A DNA stretch of 64,000 nt from Nitrosopumilales archaeon (GCA_044507735.1 JBIQJB010000002.1:99442-163441), one strand, 5' to 3'. Positions 29,388 through 40,231 are shown, numbered from the stretch's first letter. Numbers and translations are program-made. Notes: generated from the sequence alone by a model not told the origin.

Positions 29388-29464
29388 CCATCACCTCTAC
29401 GAACGTAAATTACCATTCGGTTCGATCACGACTGAAAATTGATACCGGCCCTTGTCCCGGGTCT

Positions 29465-31708
29465 TCATTTCAAGATCGGGTACCTGATTATCCCGCCTGA
29501 TGGACCAATTTCCAAGTCATTTATCTCCCTTAGAGTCTGCAGGTCGTTCATCTTGATCGCGTTGTTCAGAGTCACGGTGTAGAGCACATCTTCAATGTAT
29601 AGGGACCTGCTTCCCTGAGTTCCGTATGCGTAGTAATAGCGGTCCCCGGTATCGTTAAAGTGCTCTATCTTGCCTTTCAAGATGAACCCTTCTTCAGAGT
29701 TGATTCCAAAGACATAGAAGCCACGCCATACCTTTGGTTCTATGTAGCTGCCGCCCATTGCGTACTGCGGATCTGAATATTCTGGATAGATGGACACAGG
29801 TATCGAGAGTATGTCTTTGCTCCTATCAAATAACAGTGCCTTGTGGTCGTACAGCACTTCTGATTCTGTTCCAGGGCCGCCTATTTCATACTCATCTATG
29901 AGTCTGGGATTGCGAACGTCCGACACATCAAACAGCGCAATCTTCACACCCAGTACGCGTACATTGCCGTATCGGTCTTCCTTTGTCTCCTTGCCAATGC
30001 CCAGGACATGGTTTTCGTCATATGGGTGCAGGTAGTTCGAATATCCCGGCAGCTTCAGCTCGCCGAGCACTCTCGGATTATCTTCAGATAGGTCGATTAC
30101 AAAGAACGGATCCATTCTCTGGAACGTGACAAGATATAGCCTATCATTCATGAAGCGTGCAGAGTAAATAGATTCATCAGGGGCGATCTCTTCCAACTTG
30201 CCAACTAATCGCATGCTTTCGTCAAGCACGTACACGTTGTTGTAAAGGACAGGGCCCCTATAAGGCGAGTAGAAATCAAATGTAGTTGCAACCCTGAACC
30301 TATCGCCATCTTCGTCCATCGAAAACTGATTGAGCAGCCTTCCAGGGACCTCGCCTTTGGCAAGATAGTTTATGCCTTCCTCCGAGCCTATGGCGATCTT
30401 GTGTATGACTGTAATATTGGTCTCTCTTGCTATCCGCTCGTCGTACGCTGCCAACGCTTCATCGATGTCATTGAAAAGCCGATTCCTTTCGGACTCGCTC
30501 ATTGTGTTGTAGGCATCCTGCAACAGTCCTGATATCTTGTCCCATTTTTGTGACGGGCTCAGCTCGTCTGTGCTTTCGATGTCTCTGATCTCCTTTTGCG
30601 CATCTGCCGGCAGAAGGGGCACGATCACTTCAAAGAACCTGTCCCTAGTATTGGTCTCGTAGTATTGGTAGGGCATGTGCTTTTCATACGCGATATAGAT
30701 GTTGTTCTCTGATGCGTATATTGTGCTTGCAGGGCTCATCATAAACGTGCTAGAGTTAACTGGATTATCTGCGCCTTCTTCAAGATCTATCGATGTTATG
30801 GTATTGAATGAATAATACGGCTCAGGGTTGTCAAAGTAATAGATATCGGGCCTCGCAATAGTCATTCCTGACTCTGTAACAAGCGGAACAACAGGGTGAC
30901 TGTAATCGTAGAGGTCGCTAGCAGTCACAACGTATACGAGGCCTCCGATCATCCTTGCATTGTTGTAGTTTCCTGATATCTCATAGTTGCTGACAACTCT
31001 TGGATCATTTCTATCAGAAACGTCAAGCAGCATGACGTGAGTTATCGGTTGGTATACTTCTCGCGGGACAAAGTCGTATTCCTGTATTGTGTAGCGTGGG
31101 GTATACTGTTGGTAGAATATGACAAGTGTATTGTTGTTCAGGAACATATTGTGCAGGTATTGGCCTTCTTGGATGTCGAGGGCTATCTTCGCAGCGATGG
31201 TTGCATTTTCTGCAGGGACTGCGTCGACTATTGTGAGCCTTTCGCCTGACAGGATGTAGATGTATCTGCCGTCGTTCTTCACGAAATCGGGCTCGTCGAC
31301 TCCCTCTACTTGGACGTTGGTCGCCGAATAATCAAGACCAGAGTCCTTTATGGCAAATTCGATACTGCCATCAACAGCTCCGGATGCAGGAGGCGATGGC
31401 ATTGCACCATCTTCGACAAAGTCTTGAAAGAGCTCGAACCTTTGTTGGCCTAGATGTGTGTATTGGTCTCGGTTTGCCTCGATACCCCTCAGAAACGTCC
31501 TAAGCTCGTCAACTGACTCAAATTTCTTGAGGTCCTGCGTAGTGGTTTCAAACCCGATGGGAGGTATCCCGTCAGTGAATATCTCAGGACCTCCAATTTC
31601 ATGCGGTGGGATCAAAGCACTACCAAGTGAACTCAATGCAAATACAAAGCCTATTGCTGCCGCAATGCCTATGCCGACCATGCCAAACATGGAATTTCTT
31701 GTCATCAA
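29465..31708 (-). CDS. Secreted beta-propeller domain protein
   Basis: YSATNVQVEGVDEPDFVKNDG, LNQFSMDE, IYSARF and GELKLPGYSNYLHP motifs; N-terminal TM. Confidence 0.9.
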   Translation of the reverse strand: MMTRNSMFGMVGIGIAAAIGFVFALSSLGSALIPPHEIGGPEIFTDGIPPIGFETTTQDLKKFESVDELRTFLRGIEANRDQYTHLGQQRFELFQDFVEDGAMPSPPASGAVDGSIEFAIKDSGLDYSATNVQVEGVDEPDFVKNDGRYIYILSGERLTIVDAVPAENATIAAKIALDIQEGQYLHNMFLNNNTLVIFYQQYTPRYTIQEYDFVPREVYQPITHVMLLDVSDRNDPRVVSNYEISGNYNNARMIGGLVYVVTASDLYDYSHPVVPLVTESGMTIARPDIYYFDNPEPYYSFNTITSIDLEEGADNPVNSSTFMMSPASTIYASENNIYIAYEKHMPYQYYETNTRDRFFEVIVPLLPADAQKEIRDIESTDELSPSQKWDKISGLLQDAYNTMSESERNRLFNDIDEALAAYDERIARETNITVIHKIAIGSEEGINYLAKGEVPGRLLNQFSMDEDGDRFRVATTFDFYSPYRGPVLYNNVYVLDESMRLVGKLEEIAPDESIYSARFMNDRLYLVTFQRMDPFFVIDLSEDNPRVLGELKLPGYSNYLHPYDENHVLGIGKETKEDRYGNVRVLGVKIALFDVSDVRNPRLIDEYEIGGPGTESEVLYDHKALLFDRSKDILSIPVSIYPEYSDPQYAMGGSYIEPKVWRGFYVFGINSEEGFILKGKIEHFNDTGDRYYYAYGTQGSRSLYIEDVLYTVTLNNAIKMNDLQTLREINDLEIGPSGGIIRYPILK

Positions 31709-32053
31709 CTTTCTTGCATCCTTACTTGTGAATACTCTTCAATGTTGGAATCTTAATTCTATGGTTTAGAACAGTTCTCGATGCTGTTCTGTGACCTAGA
31801 ACACCCGACCCATTCCACTACTTTCATGCAGTATATCGACCAACGCCGATGCACCAATCAATCAGTGAGATCCTGTCATTCTGTGTGATCTACCAGTCGC
31901 CAGCCGAGCGCATAAATCTCAGGACGCAGACATTTGCCGAACATTGTTGGACGCGATGATTGCATTGACGCTGTTCTGAAACGGCGAACGCGCTGCCGGA
32001 CACCGTTCTGAAACCTAGGCTTACCTACACCGTCAAAGTAAAGGATTCCGAAA

Positions 32054-32929
32054 ATGTCAGACAATACTACAAGCAAACGACAGATGTTAGCCTTGATTGC
32101 AGGCATACTTGCAATCGGCCTGGTGGCGGCCAGCATTATTGGCGGCCACGTGACGCCAAGTGCGCAGGCACAACAGAACTCCGACGACGATCCGATGCCT
32201 GTAGACTTGGGATGTGAAACTGGCGCCGAAGTCTGCGAGCCAGAGATACAGAAGACCCTCGACTCTGTGGTTTCAACGCCAGGCACGGCAACAGTAAAGG
32301 TCACACCGGACAAAGTTTCCGTGACAATTGGTGTTGAGACACGTGGAGAGACCGCAGAAGAAGCGGCAGCTGCCAATGCAGAGCTGATGGATAAGGTTCT
32401 TGAAGCCCTGAAGAACCTCGGCATTGATGAAGATCAGATGAGCACTAGCTGGTACAACGTGTGGCCAGTTTACGAGTGGACATCTCCACCATGCATTGAG
32501 ATCTTCCCTCAGCCTCCAGAATGTGCTCCAAGGAGCGTAATCACAGGCTACGCGGCATCAAACAGCGTGACAGTGACGCTGGACGCAGACGATGACGTTG
32601 GCAAGGTGATCGATGGGGCAGTCGCTGCAGGAGCTACCAATGTAAACGGTGCGTACTTCTTTGTCTCAAGCGAGAGGCAGGAAGAGATTCGCCAGAACCT
32701 GATTGCTGATGCAATCGCCAACGCGAGAAGCCGTGCAGAAAAGGCTGCAGAAGCGGTCAGCATGGAGATCACCGGGGTCAAGTCGATCAACCTGAATGAC
32801 GTATACTTCCCGGTCTTCTACAAGGAGCTTGCACAGGCAGCGGATGGGGGATCGTCATCATCTACACCGATACTCCCTGGTCAGCAAGAGATCTCGATGA
32901 CTGTTCAGGTCACCTTCCGCATGAGCTAG
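32054..32929 (+). CDS. SIMPL (DUF541) domain secreted protein
   Basis: GTATVKVTPD..GVET, GYAASNSVTV, AGATNVNG and PGQQEISMTVQVTF motifs. Confidence 0.9.
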   Translation: MSDNTTSKRQMLALIAGILAIGLVAASIIGGHVTPSAQAQQNSDDDPMPVDLGCETGAEVCEPEIQKTLDSVVSTPGTATVKVTPDKVSVTIGVETRGETAEEAAAANAELMDKVLEALKNLGIDEDQMSTSWYNVWPVYEWTSPPCIEIFPQPPECAPRSVITGYAASNSVTVTLDADDDVGKVIDGAVAAGATNVNGAYFFVSSERQEEIRQNLIADAIANARSRAEKAAEAVSMEITGVKSINLNDVYFPVFYKELAQAADGGSSSSTPILPGQQEISMTVQVTFRMS

Positions 32930-32962
32930 GCGAGGCCGCTGCACTCTCCAGCCGCCTCCACA

Positions 32963-32980
32963 CCCCCTTTCTTTTTTTCT
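32963..32980 (+). terminator. Pyrimidine/oligo-T terminator after the SIMPL gene
   Basis: CCCCCTTTCTTTTTTTCT tract ~35 nt after the stop. Confidence 0.5.
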
Positions 32981-33018
32981 AAACCCTTTTTAGCAGGCTG
33001 ACGACAAATTCAGCTTAC

Positions 33019-33561
33019 TTGGACCTAGAAAAAGTAGGTGCTGCCGAGCAGGTGATTACGCAAGAAGTAGATGCGGTGGCTGGTGATCCTTCAAGAATCC
33101 GGGAAAATGGGTGCGCCGCATGCCATGTACTCTTTACGCTTGTCCGACAGATGAGTCTGAGCGAAACTGACGCGGCTGACCTGCTGACTGAAGTGTTGCT
33201 TGCGAACCCCCAGCTTAACGATAGGTTCATCGAGATGGTGGAGAACATTCACATGAAGCAGAGGATGATGGGCGTGACCTTTGCGATAAAGTCAAGAGAG
33301 GCAAAGGACAGATATATCGATTCACAATTCAAGAACTCACTTGATGAGTTACTGTCGGACGCTGCAAATTATGGAACCGAGATCGTCTTGCGCAAGCTGA
33401 TACTGTCATACATGGCTCTTGGCTTGGCGCAAAACCTCGGGATTGACTACCACGCCGCCACAGAAGAGCTGTATTATTATATGCGCAAGCACGACGAAGA
33501 AACACACGCAGCCCTGATGAAACATGTCCAGTCTATAGTGGCGAGGAGCAGGCACAGATGA
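33019..33561 (+). CDS. Helical hypothetical protein with CxxCH motif
   Basis: GCAACHV near the N-terminus; ATGA-coupled to the cupin gene. Confidence 0.75.
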   Translation: MDLEKVGAAEQVITQEVDAVAGDPSRIRENGCAACHVLFTLVRQMSLSETDAADLLTEVLLANPQLNDRFIEMVENIHMKQRMMGVTFAIKSREAKDRYIDSQFKNSLDELLSDAANYGTEIVLRKLILSYMALGLAQNLGIDYHAATEELYYYMRKHDEETHAALMKHVQSIVARSRHR

Positions 33562-33887
33562 CAGCGACAGAAGAAAGGACGTTTGAGCTCCAAGATCTGG
33601 TTAAGCAGCTGGAGGAGGAGGGAGGATACTTTCTGGACTTTTTAAAAGTGCGCGATTTGGAAGCAGGCATAATAGTACTCCACCCCGGTGAGAAAGACAC
33701 GCAAGAGCCGCACTCGGCAGACGAACTATATTATGTCATACAGGGCAGCGGCTTTATCGAGCTTGGACGGGAACGACGACAGCATCCTGTAAAGAAGGGT
33801 TCGATAATATTCGTGCCAGCCGAGATGCACCACCGTTTCTATGGCAACAAGGAAGATCTGGTAGTTCTATACATGTTTGCAGAGTAG
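33558..33887 (+). CDS. Cupin domain protein
   Basis: PHSADELYYVIQGSG and IFVPAEMHHRF motifs. Confidence 0.9.
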   Translation: MTATEERTFELQDLVKQLEEEGGYFLDFLKVRDLEAGIIVLHPGEKDTQEPHSADELYYVIQGSGFIELGRERRQHPVKKGSIIFVPAEMHHRFYGNKEDLVVLYMFAE

Positions 33888-33989
33888 TTATGCGCGTTAT
33901 TTTCTGGGTGCCGGTCGGGAAGCATAGTAATTGGTTCTCTTTGTGGCCAATCAACAGCTTTTTTATGACCGCCTTTAGCATGTCAAGAC

Positions 33990-34151
33990 ATGATTCCGGC
34001 AAACTATTTTCTCGTCGTAGGCGGACTGGTGCTCCTAGTGCTGTTCCTTGCACTATTCGTTTTCCCATATGTGGTCTGTCCGGCCCTCCCTCTCGATACA
34101 ATTACCGATCGGAAGGATCCCTTGCGCGGTTTCTGCTCCGTATTCAGATAG
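33990..34151 (+). CDS. 53-aa single-TM membrane protein, not in ORF track
   Basis: MIPANYFLVVGGLVLLVLFLALFVFPYVVCPALPLDTITDRKDPLRGFCSVFR; TTTTTAT box ~25-30 nt upstream. Confidence 0.55.
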   Translation: MIPANYFLVVGGLVLLVLFLALFVFPYVVCPALPLDTITDRKDPLRGFCSVFR

Positions 34152-34594
34152 TAGGGTTGTGTCAAAGTCTTGGTTGATGAGGTGCATATCAGGTCCTGTT
34201 CGGTCCAGATGAATTGCTACTGCTGTCTGCAAACCTTGTCAAGCAATCATGCACTATAGAACCATTGCTTCTATCAAATGGAACCTTCAGGCAAGATTGT
34301 TTAACGACTCCACCAGGATTAGCCAAGGGAGCGATGCTTCAACCCTGTAGCGGATCCTCGGCATATTCAATTGCACACCACATTCTACTTGAGGCAAATG
34401 ACGATGTTTGCGTGGCGATACAGGTGAGCGATTATGATGATGCTGCTGTGTGGGGTGAATCGCGGGACTCCATTCTTTCAAGAGACCCGGCGGCAATCCT
34501 CGAGTGGATGGAGACCATCAAAGTTGAAGTGTCACCAAAGACTTGGCAGAATCGTAGAAACATACAAAAGGGCCCTCCCTTGCATCATGTGTGA

Positions 34595-34762
34595 ATGCCA
34601 ATTACCGATGCAGTTAAAAAGCAGATTGCACAACAGCGCAGGCTGTTCTTCAAGATATGCTTCAAATGCGGCGGCAAGAACCCCATCTCTGCTTCGAGAT
34701 GCAGGAAGTGCCATGGTAGCCAGATGAGGCTGAAGAACAGAACGCTTGGGGCCAAGAAGTAA
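34595..34762 (+). CDS. rpl40e: 50S ribosomal protein L40e, not in ORF track
   Basis: MPITDAVKKQIAQQRRLFFKICFKCGGKNPISASRCRKCHGSQMRLKNRTLGAKK. Confidence 0.95.
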   Translation: MPITDAVKKQIAQQRRLFFKICFKCGGKNPISASRCRKCHGSQMRLKNRTLGAKK

Positions 34763-35051
34763 AAAGAAATTTCTCCCACCTTTTCCCTTTGCAACAGGCA
34801 AGAGTCAATATCCCTGTGGGGTTTCTTGTGTCCTTCTAGCTAATCATCCTGCGCCATTGCCCAGCACCAAGAGACTTTTCGGATTCTTCTGGCTGATTAT
34901 TGCAGGCTAACCCTGGATCGCCATGGTAGGCCTGCCATGTGTGCGAGTTGGTAATTGCCTTCAAATACAAGAGAGCCTTAGCTGGCAGAAGCATCAGCAG
35001 GAGAAATGCGGCTCTAGCCTGACCAAAGATGGGTGTCATTTGGATACAAAG

Positions 35052-35126
35052 TGGGCAGCGGGTGATTTGAACACCCGACCACCGCTGTGTAAGAGCGGTA
35101 TCATAACCGAGCTAGACCAGCTGCCC
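35052..35126 (-). tRNA. tRNA-Val(TAC)
   Basis: Cloverleaf with GGGCAGC/GCTGCCC acceptor stem, CCGCT-CTTACAC-AGCGG anticodon arm and TTCAAAT T-loop. Confidence 0.95.
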
Positions 35127-35305
35127 GCATCAAGAACAAGTCGCTTGACATAATAAATAGCAAGCGTCAGGAAGGGCAGTCAAAGACCTGGCAAGACAAC
35201 CTATGATCACCTGCCTTATGCAGGCATCCTGTAAGGCCAGAGCCGGACGCTGGTATGCATGGGCAGTCTCCCATGGTCCTGGAGGGATAGCAACAGTGAG
35301 GAATA

Positions 35306-36556
35306 CTATGTCCCTTCGCTGAAACCTTCAAGATACGCTTTTTGCTCAGGCGTCAAAGAATCTATCTCGACTCCCATTGACTGGAGTTTGGCAAGCGCGA
35401 TCTCCTGATCCTGAGCCCTGTCAATGTTGTAGACGAGTGGCTTCATGGTCTCACCATGCTGCGCAAGTTTTAGCACTGCAAGGAACTGGTTTGCAAAGCT
35501 CATATCCATGACTTCAGACGGGTGGCCTTCCGCAGCAACCAGGTTCACAAGCCTGCCTTCGCCTATGAGGTAAACACGCTTGCCGTTCTTGAGGACGTAC
35601 TGCTTCGTGTGATCGTTGATATCTTTTTGCTGCACCGTCTGGTTTTCAATCCCCGGTATCGAGATCTCGACGTTAAAGTGGCCTGCATTTGCAAGGATTG
35701 CCCCATCTTTCATCTTGGCAACATCCTTGTCAACAATGACATCCTTGCAACCTGTCGTAGTCACGAATATGTCGCCTACCTCTGCAGCCTTGTTCATCTT
35801 GGCCACAGAAAATCCATCCAGCTTTGCCTTGAGTGCGGCTATTGGGTCAACCTCTGTGACTATGACGTTTGCCCCCAAGCCGGCGGCCCTTCTGGCAACG
35901 CCCTTGCCAACATGTCCATACCCGGCGACCACCACGTTCTTTCCCGACACCAGTACGTTGGTGGCGCGTATGATGCCGTCAAGTGCCGACTGGCCCGTTC
36001 CATAAACATTGTCAAAATCATGCTTTGTTTCGGCGTCATTAACGGCAATGATGGGAAATGCCAATTTGCCGGCCTTTTGCATGGCCCGCAGCCTGATTAC
36101 TCCTGTGGTCGTCTCTTCAGTGCCTCCGCGGATCGACTTTGGTCTGCCCTTATGCATTTCAACTGTCAAGTCGGCTCCGTCGTCGATAGTGACGTGTGGG
36201 TCGATGCTCATGGCAGAGCGAATATCTTCATAATATTCCTGTGAGGTTACACCCCTGCTAGCAAAAATCGCGACTCCCTCATCCTTTGCCAGAGAGGCGG
36301 CTACGTCGTCCTGTGTACTGAGAGGGTTGCAGCCACACCACGCAAGTTCAGCTCCGGCAGCCTTGAGAGTACGCACAAGGACGCCGGTTTCTTTTGTGAC
36401 GTGTAAACACCCTGTGACTCTAATGCCCTTTAGGGGCTTGACCTTTTCGTATTTCTGGCGCAGCGCGACCAGTACGGGCATATGAGCTTCTGCCCAATCA
36501 ATGCGGTTCTTGCCTTCTCGGGCAAGTGCAAGGTCCTTAACGCGGAAATCTCCCAT
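35306..36556 (-). CDS. ahcY: Adenosylhomocysteinase
   Basis: GCLHVT, CNPLSTQD, EETTTG, KHDFDNVYGTG and GHPSEVMD motifs. Confidence 0.97.
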   Translation of the reverse strand: MGDFRVKDLALAREGKNRIDWAEAHMPVLVALRQKYEKVKPLKGIRVTGCLHVTKETGVLVRTLKAAGAELAWCGCNPLSTQDDVAASLAKDEGVAIFASRGVTSQEYYEDIRSAMSIDPHVTIDDGADLTVEMHKGRPKSIRGGTEETTTGVIRLRAMQKAGKLAFPIIAVNDAETKHDFDNVYGTGQSALDGIIRATNVLVSGKNVVVAGYGHVGKGVARRAAGLGANVIVTEVDPIAALKAKLDGFSVAKMNKAAEVGDIFVTTTGCKDVIVDKDVAKMKDGAILANAGHFNVEISIPGIENQTVQQKDINDHTKQYVLKNGKRVYLIGEGRLVNLVAAEGHPSEVMDMSFANQFLAVLKLAQHGETMKPLVYNIDRAQDQEIALAKLQSMGVEIDSLTPEQKAYLEGFSEGT

Positions 36557-36592
36557 TCAAATGGGAGGAAGCATCCATGCCCTATATTAGTT

Positions 36593-37228
36593 CTACAGCA
36601 GGCCCCAAGAGCGTGAAATTTGCACTACCTGTTCATCGGTGACCGGTTCAAATTCGTCATAGAACTGCCCGACAGACCCAAAGTCGTGTGGTGAATGCAG
36701 CACGATAACCGAGTCTGTCTCGTGTTCCAGCACTTCAACCGACTGTGGGGGGGCAACAGGTACCGCCACAACAAGGCTTGCCGGATTCTGCCTCCTTGCC
36801 CACCTTGCAGAAGCAATGACCGTCGCGCCTGTTGCAATCCCATCGTCAATAAGAATTGTGTTCTTACCCGAAATCTTGTACGATCCGGGTTTGCGATAGG
36901 TCGCTGACCTCCGCCTAATCTCTTCGGCCTGACGTGCCTTTTCGCTTTCGAGGTATTCTTTGGAAATCCTCAATGCGTTTACAAGGTAGCTATTGACAAA
37001 AGAAGTCCCGTCCTCCATCACCGCCCCTATTGCCAGCTCCTCGTTATCCGGTGCACCCAGCTTCCGGGGAATCACGATATCAAAATCAGCGCCAAGCTTC
37101 CTGGCAACAATGTCGGCAAGTATCACACCGCCGCGCGGGATGCCAAGCACAATGGCGTTGGAAAGTCCTCTCTGTGCCAGCCTTTCCGCAAGGAGGTTGC
37201 CCGCATCAATCCTGTTGCGGAACTTCAT
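36593..37228 (-). CDS. Type I phosphoribosyltransferase
   Basis: GIPRGG, LIDDGIATG and SVGQFY motifs. Confidence 0.92.
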   Translation of the reverse strand: MKFRNRIDAGNLLAERLAQRGLSNAIVLGIPRGGVILADIVARKLGADFDIVIPRKLGAPDNEELAIGAVMEDGTSFVNSYLVNALRISKEYLESEKARQAEEIRRRSATYRKPGSYKISGKNTILIDDGIATGATVIASARWARRQNPASLVVAVPVAPPQSVEVLEHETDSVIVLHSPHDFGSVGQFYDEFEPVTDEQVVQISRSWGLL

Positions 37229-37514
37229 GCTACACCTACTTCATCTTCCCTTGTTTTAAGTCTTGACTGACCTTGATCGACCCGGGATGGATAGTGCCCG
37301 GCATTTGCCTGGTTTTCCATTATCCACCTGTTATCGAGCTTCCATGTACTCATTTCGCGCAGGGCTAGAAATGCTCCCACAATTAGACGAATGCGCAGTC
37401 GGAAACCTTCCCGTGAGATCCGCAAGTACTTCTGTTCACTTCGCACTGAGAGGATACGATCTCCTGACCGATTCGTGCAAAAACTATAATTCGGTGGCTG
37501 CTTTCCTCACCCGT

Positions 37515-38024
37515 GTGCGCAAGCTACAGATCGCGGTAATAGGCTACAACAAGGACCGATGCACTGATGTTGCTAGCAAGGTGGCCTACGAAGTTGGCAA
37601 AGAGATTGCGCGTGCCGGCGCCGTGCTCGTATGCGGTGGCCTTGGTGGGGTCATGGAATCTGCCTGCAAGGGGGCTAAGGAGAACGGCGGCATGACTATT
37701 GGCATAATACCGCAGGAAGAATTCCGATATGCAAATCAGTACTGCGACGTTGTAATCTGCACCGGGATTGGCTATGCGAGGGACTTTATCGTGGCTTCCT
37801 CTGCAGATGGGATAATTGCGGTCGGGGGTGGTGTTGGTACGCTTATTGAGATGGGCGTCGGATACATGATCAAGAAACCCCTAGTGGCCATGGCAGGGAG
37901 CGGAGGCGTGGCCGACATGTACGGCGGCAAGTTTTTGGATGAGCGAAACCGCGTTCCGATAATAGTGGCAAGCAACCCACGAGATGCTGTAGAAGCGATA
38001 GTGTCGGCAAATAATAACAAATGA
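37515..38024 (+). CDS. LOG/DprA-like Rossmann-fold protein (TIGR00725-like)
   Basis: CGGLGGVME and GGGVGTLIE motifs. Start moved to GTG 37515, ~25 nt after CTATAAT. Confidence 0.88.
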   Translation: MRKLQIAVIGYNKDRCTDVASKVAYEVGKEIARAGAVLVCGGLGGVMESACKGAKENGGMTIGIIPQEEFRYANQYCDVVICTGIGYARDFIVASSADGIIAVGGGVGTLIEMGVGYMIKKPLVAMAGSGGVADMYGGKFLDERNRVPIIVASNPRDAVEAIVSANNNK

Positions 38025-38319
38025 GCCGAACTGGCACTCGAAGTCATGTGGCTTTCCCTTAAGATTGCCATTACAGGTTCTTCGGCAACCCCGTGGTTTG
38101 CCCTTATCATCTCGGATTCAGACTAGTCCGCATGTCCCGTAGAACATGTGGGTTTACCTGTTCGTCCAGAGATGACAACTGCTCACGTCCTTGGACGCAA
38201 CGAGCCTTTACCCGTTGCGCAGATCTGCGTGGCAGATCGTTCCTCTGTTTCGGCCAGTCGGCAATCTATTATACGACTCGTACGCATTTAAGATTTTCTG
38301 TACATGCTTATAGAAGCAA

Positions 38320-39471
38320 TCAGCCTCGATAATTGACGAGATAAGGGTCTGGATCATAAAACGGACCGTATCTTGCAGCAAGGTCCCGGAGCGTCTGCAC
38401 TACATTTTCGGCGCCAAAGTCCTGAACGGTGGCGAACAACTCCTTCTTCAATCCCATTCCAAGTTTCAGTGCCTTTTCAAGGTCTTCCTTGCTACACACT
38501 TGATTTGTGATCAGCCATGCTGCGTTGTTTGCGGCAACTGCAAGGAGCGCTATTGGGTTGTATTTTGATGCTTCTTGCTCTGTGAGGTTTATGCGTTCGT
38601 ACTTGTCGCCCTTGTACTCGTAAAAGCCCTTGCCACTCTTCTGGCCAAAGTTCTTTTCGTCATACAACTGCTTCACTTTTGGGTGTGGACGTATTACCTT
38701 GCTGTCGCGTGAGTGCATCTCCACAGTCGCCTTGTGTATCACGTCAAGGCCGGTGTAGTCAGCAAGCTCGAATATGCCCATCGGGAATGACATGCGGAAC
38801 TTGACCGCGGAGTCGATTGTGGTCATTGGGATGCCGTCCCTTTCCTGACAGTAAACTGCTTCATGAACCAATGGGATAAAGACGCGGTTGACAATAAATC
38901 CCGCAACATCCTTCTGGCACAACACCGGCTGCTTACCTACCTTTTGCACAAAGCCCATCGCCATGTCTACCATGCTCTTGTTTGTCTTGCCACCTGGTAT
39001 GACTTCTACAAGCGGCATTAGCTGTGGCGGGTTGAAAAAGTGAAGGCCGATAAACCGATCCGGTCTGCTTGTCAGGTCAGCCATTTCGGTAATTGGCAGG
39101 GTGCTAGTGTTTGAAGCGTAGACTGTTTTGCTTTCAGCAAAGCTATCAACTTCTGCGTATACCTTTTTCTTGAGGTTCATATCCTCCGGCACTGCTTCTA
39201 TCAGAAGATCCGCTCCCTGGAGCGCCTGCTTCAGGTCAACAACAGGGGTGATTCGCGCAAGGATCTGGTCGGCGTCTGCCTGTGACAGCTTTTGCTTTTC
39301 TACCAACTTGTTGAGGGACCATCTTATTTTTTCCATGGCCTTGTCGAGCAGCGACTGATCGATATCGCGAAGGACGACATTGTAGCCGGCCATTGCCGAG
39401 ACCTGTGCAATGCCATGCCCCATAACGCCAGACCCCAGGACGGTTATCTTGTTAATTGTTGAGAGCGACAT
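38320..39471 (-). CDS. 3-hydroxyacyl-CoA (3-hydroxybutyryl-CoA) dehydrogenase
   Basis: GSGVMGHG, EAVPE, SNTSTL, HFFNP and GFIVNR motifs. Confidence 0.95.
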   Translation of the reverse strand: MSLSTINKITVLGSGVMGHGIAQVSAMAGYNVVLRDIDQSLLDKAMEKIRWSLNKLVEKQKLSQADADQILARITPVVDLKQALQGADLLIEAVPEDMNLKKKVYAEVDSFAESKTVYASNTSTLPITEMADLTSRPDRFIGLHFFNPPQLMPLVEVIPGGKTNKSMVDMAMGFVQKVGKQPVLCQKDVAGFIVNRVFIPLVHEAVYCQERDGIPMTTIDSAVKFRMSFPMGIFELADYTGLDVIHKATVEMHSRDSKVIRPHPKVKQLYDEKNFGQKSGKGFYEYKGDKYERINLTEQEASKYNPIALLAVAANNAAWLITNQVCSKEDLEKALKLGMGLKKELFATVQDFGAENVVQTLRDLAARYGPFYDPDPYLVNYRG

Positions 39472-39622
39472 TATACACAGTCATGGCCTGCAGGTGATTT
39501 TTAATGTTACTACTACTGAGCGAGCAGCATCATCACCTTTAAAACCAGACCCGTTCCATATCTTTTTGATCTGCTTGGATCTAGAGCGCTTTACGTCCGA
39601 CGTCACTACGCTTTCTAACAAG

Positions 39623-40231
39623 ATGTCTGTTGGTGAGCCTGATGATGTCGTGCAGAGAATGGAATTTGTTAGGAACCGGCTCATCGATTTGTATAGCAGG
39701 AACCTTGTCAAGATAAACCACTCTGCAATGGAGCTTGTGTGCGCCAAGCACTTGATCCGGTACGGTTATCAGGTCGATGTTGAAAAGCAACTGACAGATA
39801 TACTCGTCTGCGATGTATATGCAGAAAAGGGAGATGGAGCCGCGGTGGTGGAGATTGAAACAGGCTTCATTCCTCCAGAACACGCACTTGATCCACTGTC
39901 ATATTATGCAGCCCGAATCGCAAGCAAGATAGCCCGCTACAGCAAGTTTGCAGACAAGTTTATACTTGCTACCCCTCCTGTAAGCATACTCCCGATACCG
40001 CAGCTTTTCCGGCGCCCCCCTAGAGACAGAAAGGTGGGTGAAATCAAGCAAGTAAAGATGCTGTGCAACACATACTACAAGAACCCACCTGTGACAGAAG
40101 ACGAAATTCTAAACGGCAGACTCCACATTATTTACATCATAAACATTGACGCTGGGAAGGTGATAGAGATGGACGTGGACTCGTACTTTGACCATATAGG
40201 TGGCATGCTGGATACTGGAATGAGCCTATGA
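39623..40231 (+). CDS. PD-(D/E)XK-like hypothetical protein
   Basis: VDVE...CDVYAEK...VEIETG pattern; start moved to MSVGEP. Confidence 0.7.
   Translation: MSVGEPDDVVQRMEFVRNRLIDLYSRNLVKINHSAMELVCAKHLIRYGYQVDVEKQLTDILVCDVYAEKGDGAAVVEIETGFIPPEHALDPLSYYAARIASKIARYSKFADKFILATPPVSILPIPQLFRRPPRDRKVGEIKQVKMLCNTYYKNPPVTEDEILNGRLHIIYIINIDAGKVIEMDVDSYFDHIGGMLDTGMSL

Noticed and set aside
34214-34594. 126-aa ORF upstream of rpl40e
   Set aside because: No motif, and it covers the region where the rpl40e promoter should lie.
35160-35300. GC-rich segment next to tRNA-Val as SRP RNA or att site
   Set aside because: No SRP helix-8 motif, no duplicated tRNA 3' end seen, no integrase.
35522-36244. Long plus-strand ORFs opposite real genes (also 40562-41329, 48685-49404)
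   Set aside because: Antisense to well-supported genes.
37263-37514. N-terminal extensions in the ORF track (also 39410-39622, 58501-58746)
   Set aside because: Non-homologous-looking sequence; better downstream starts exist.
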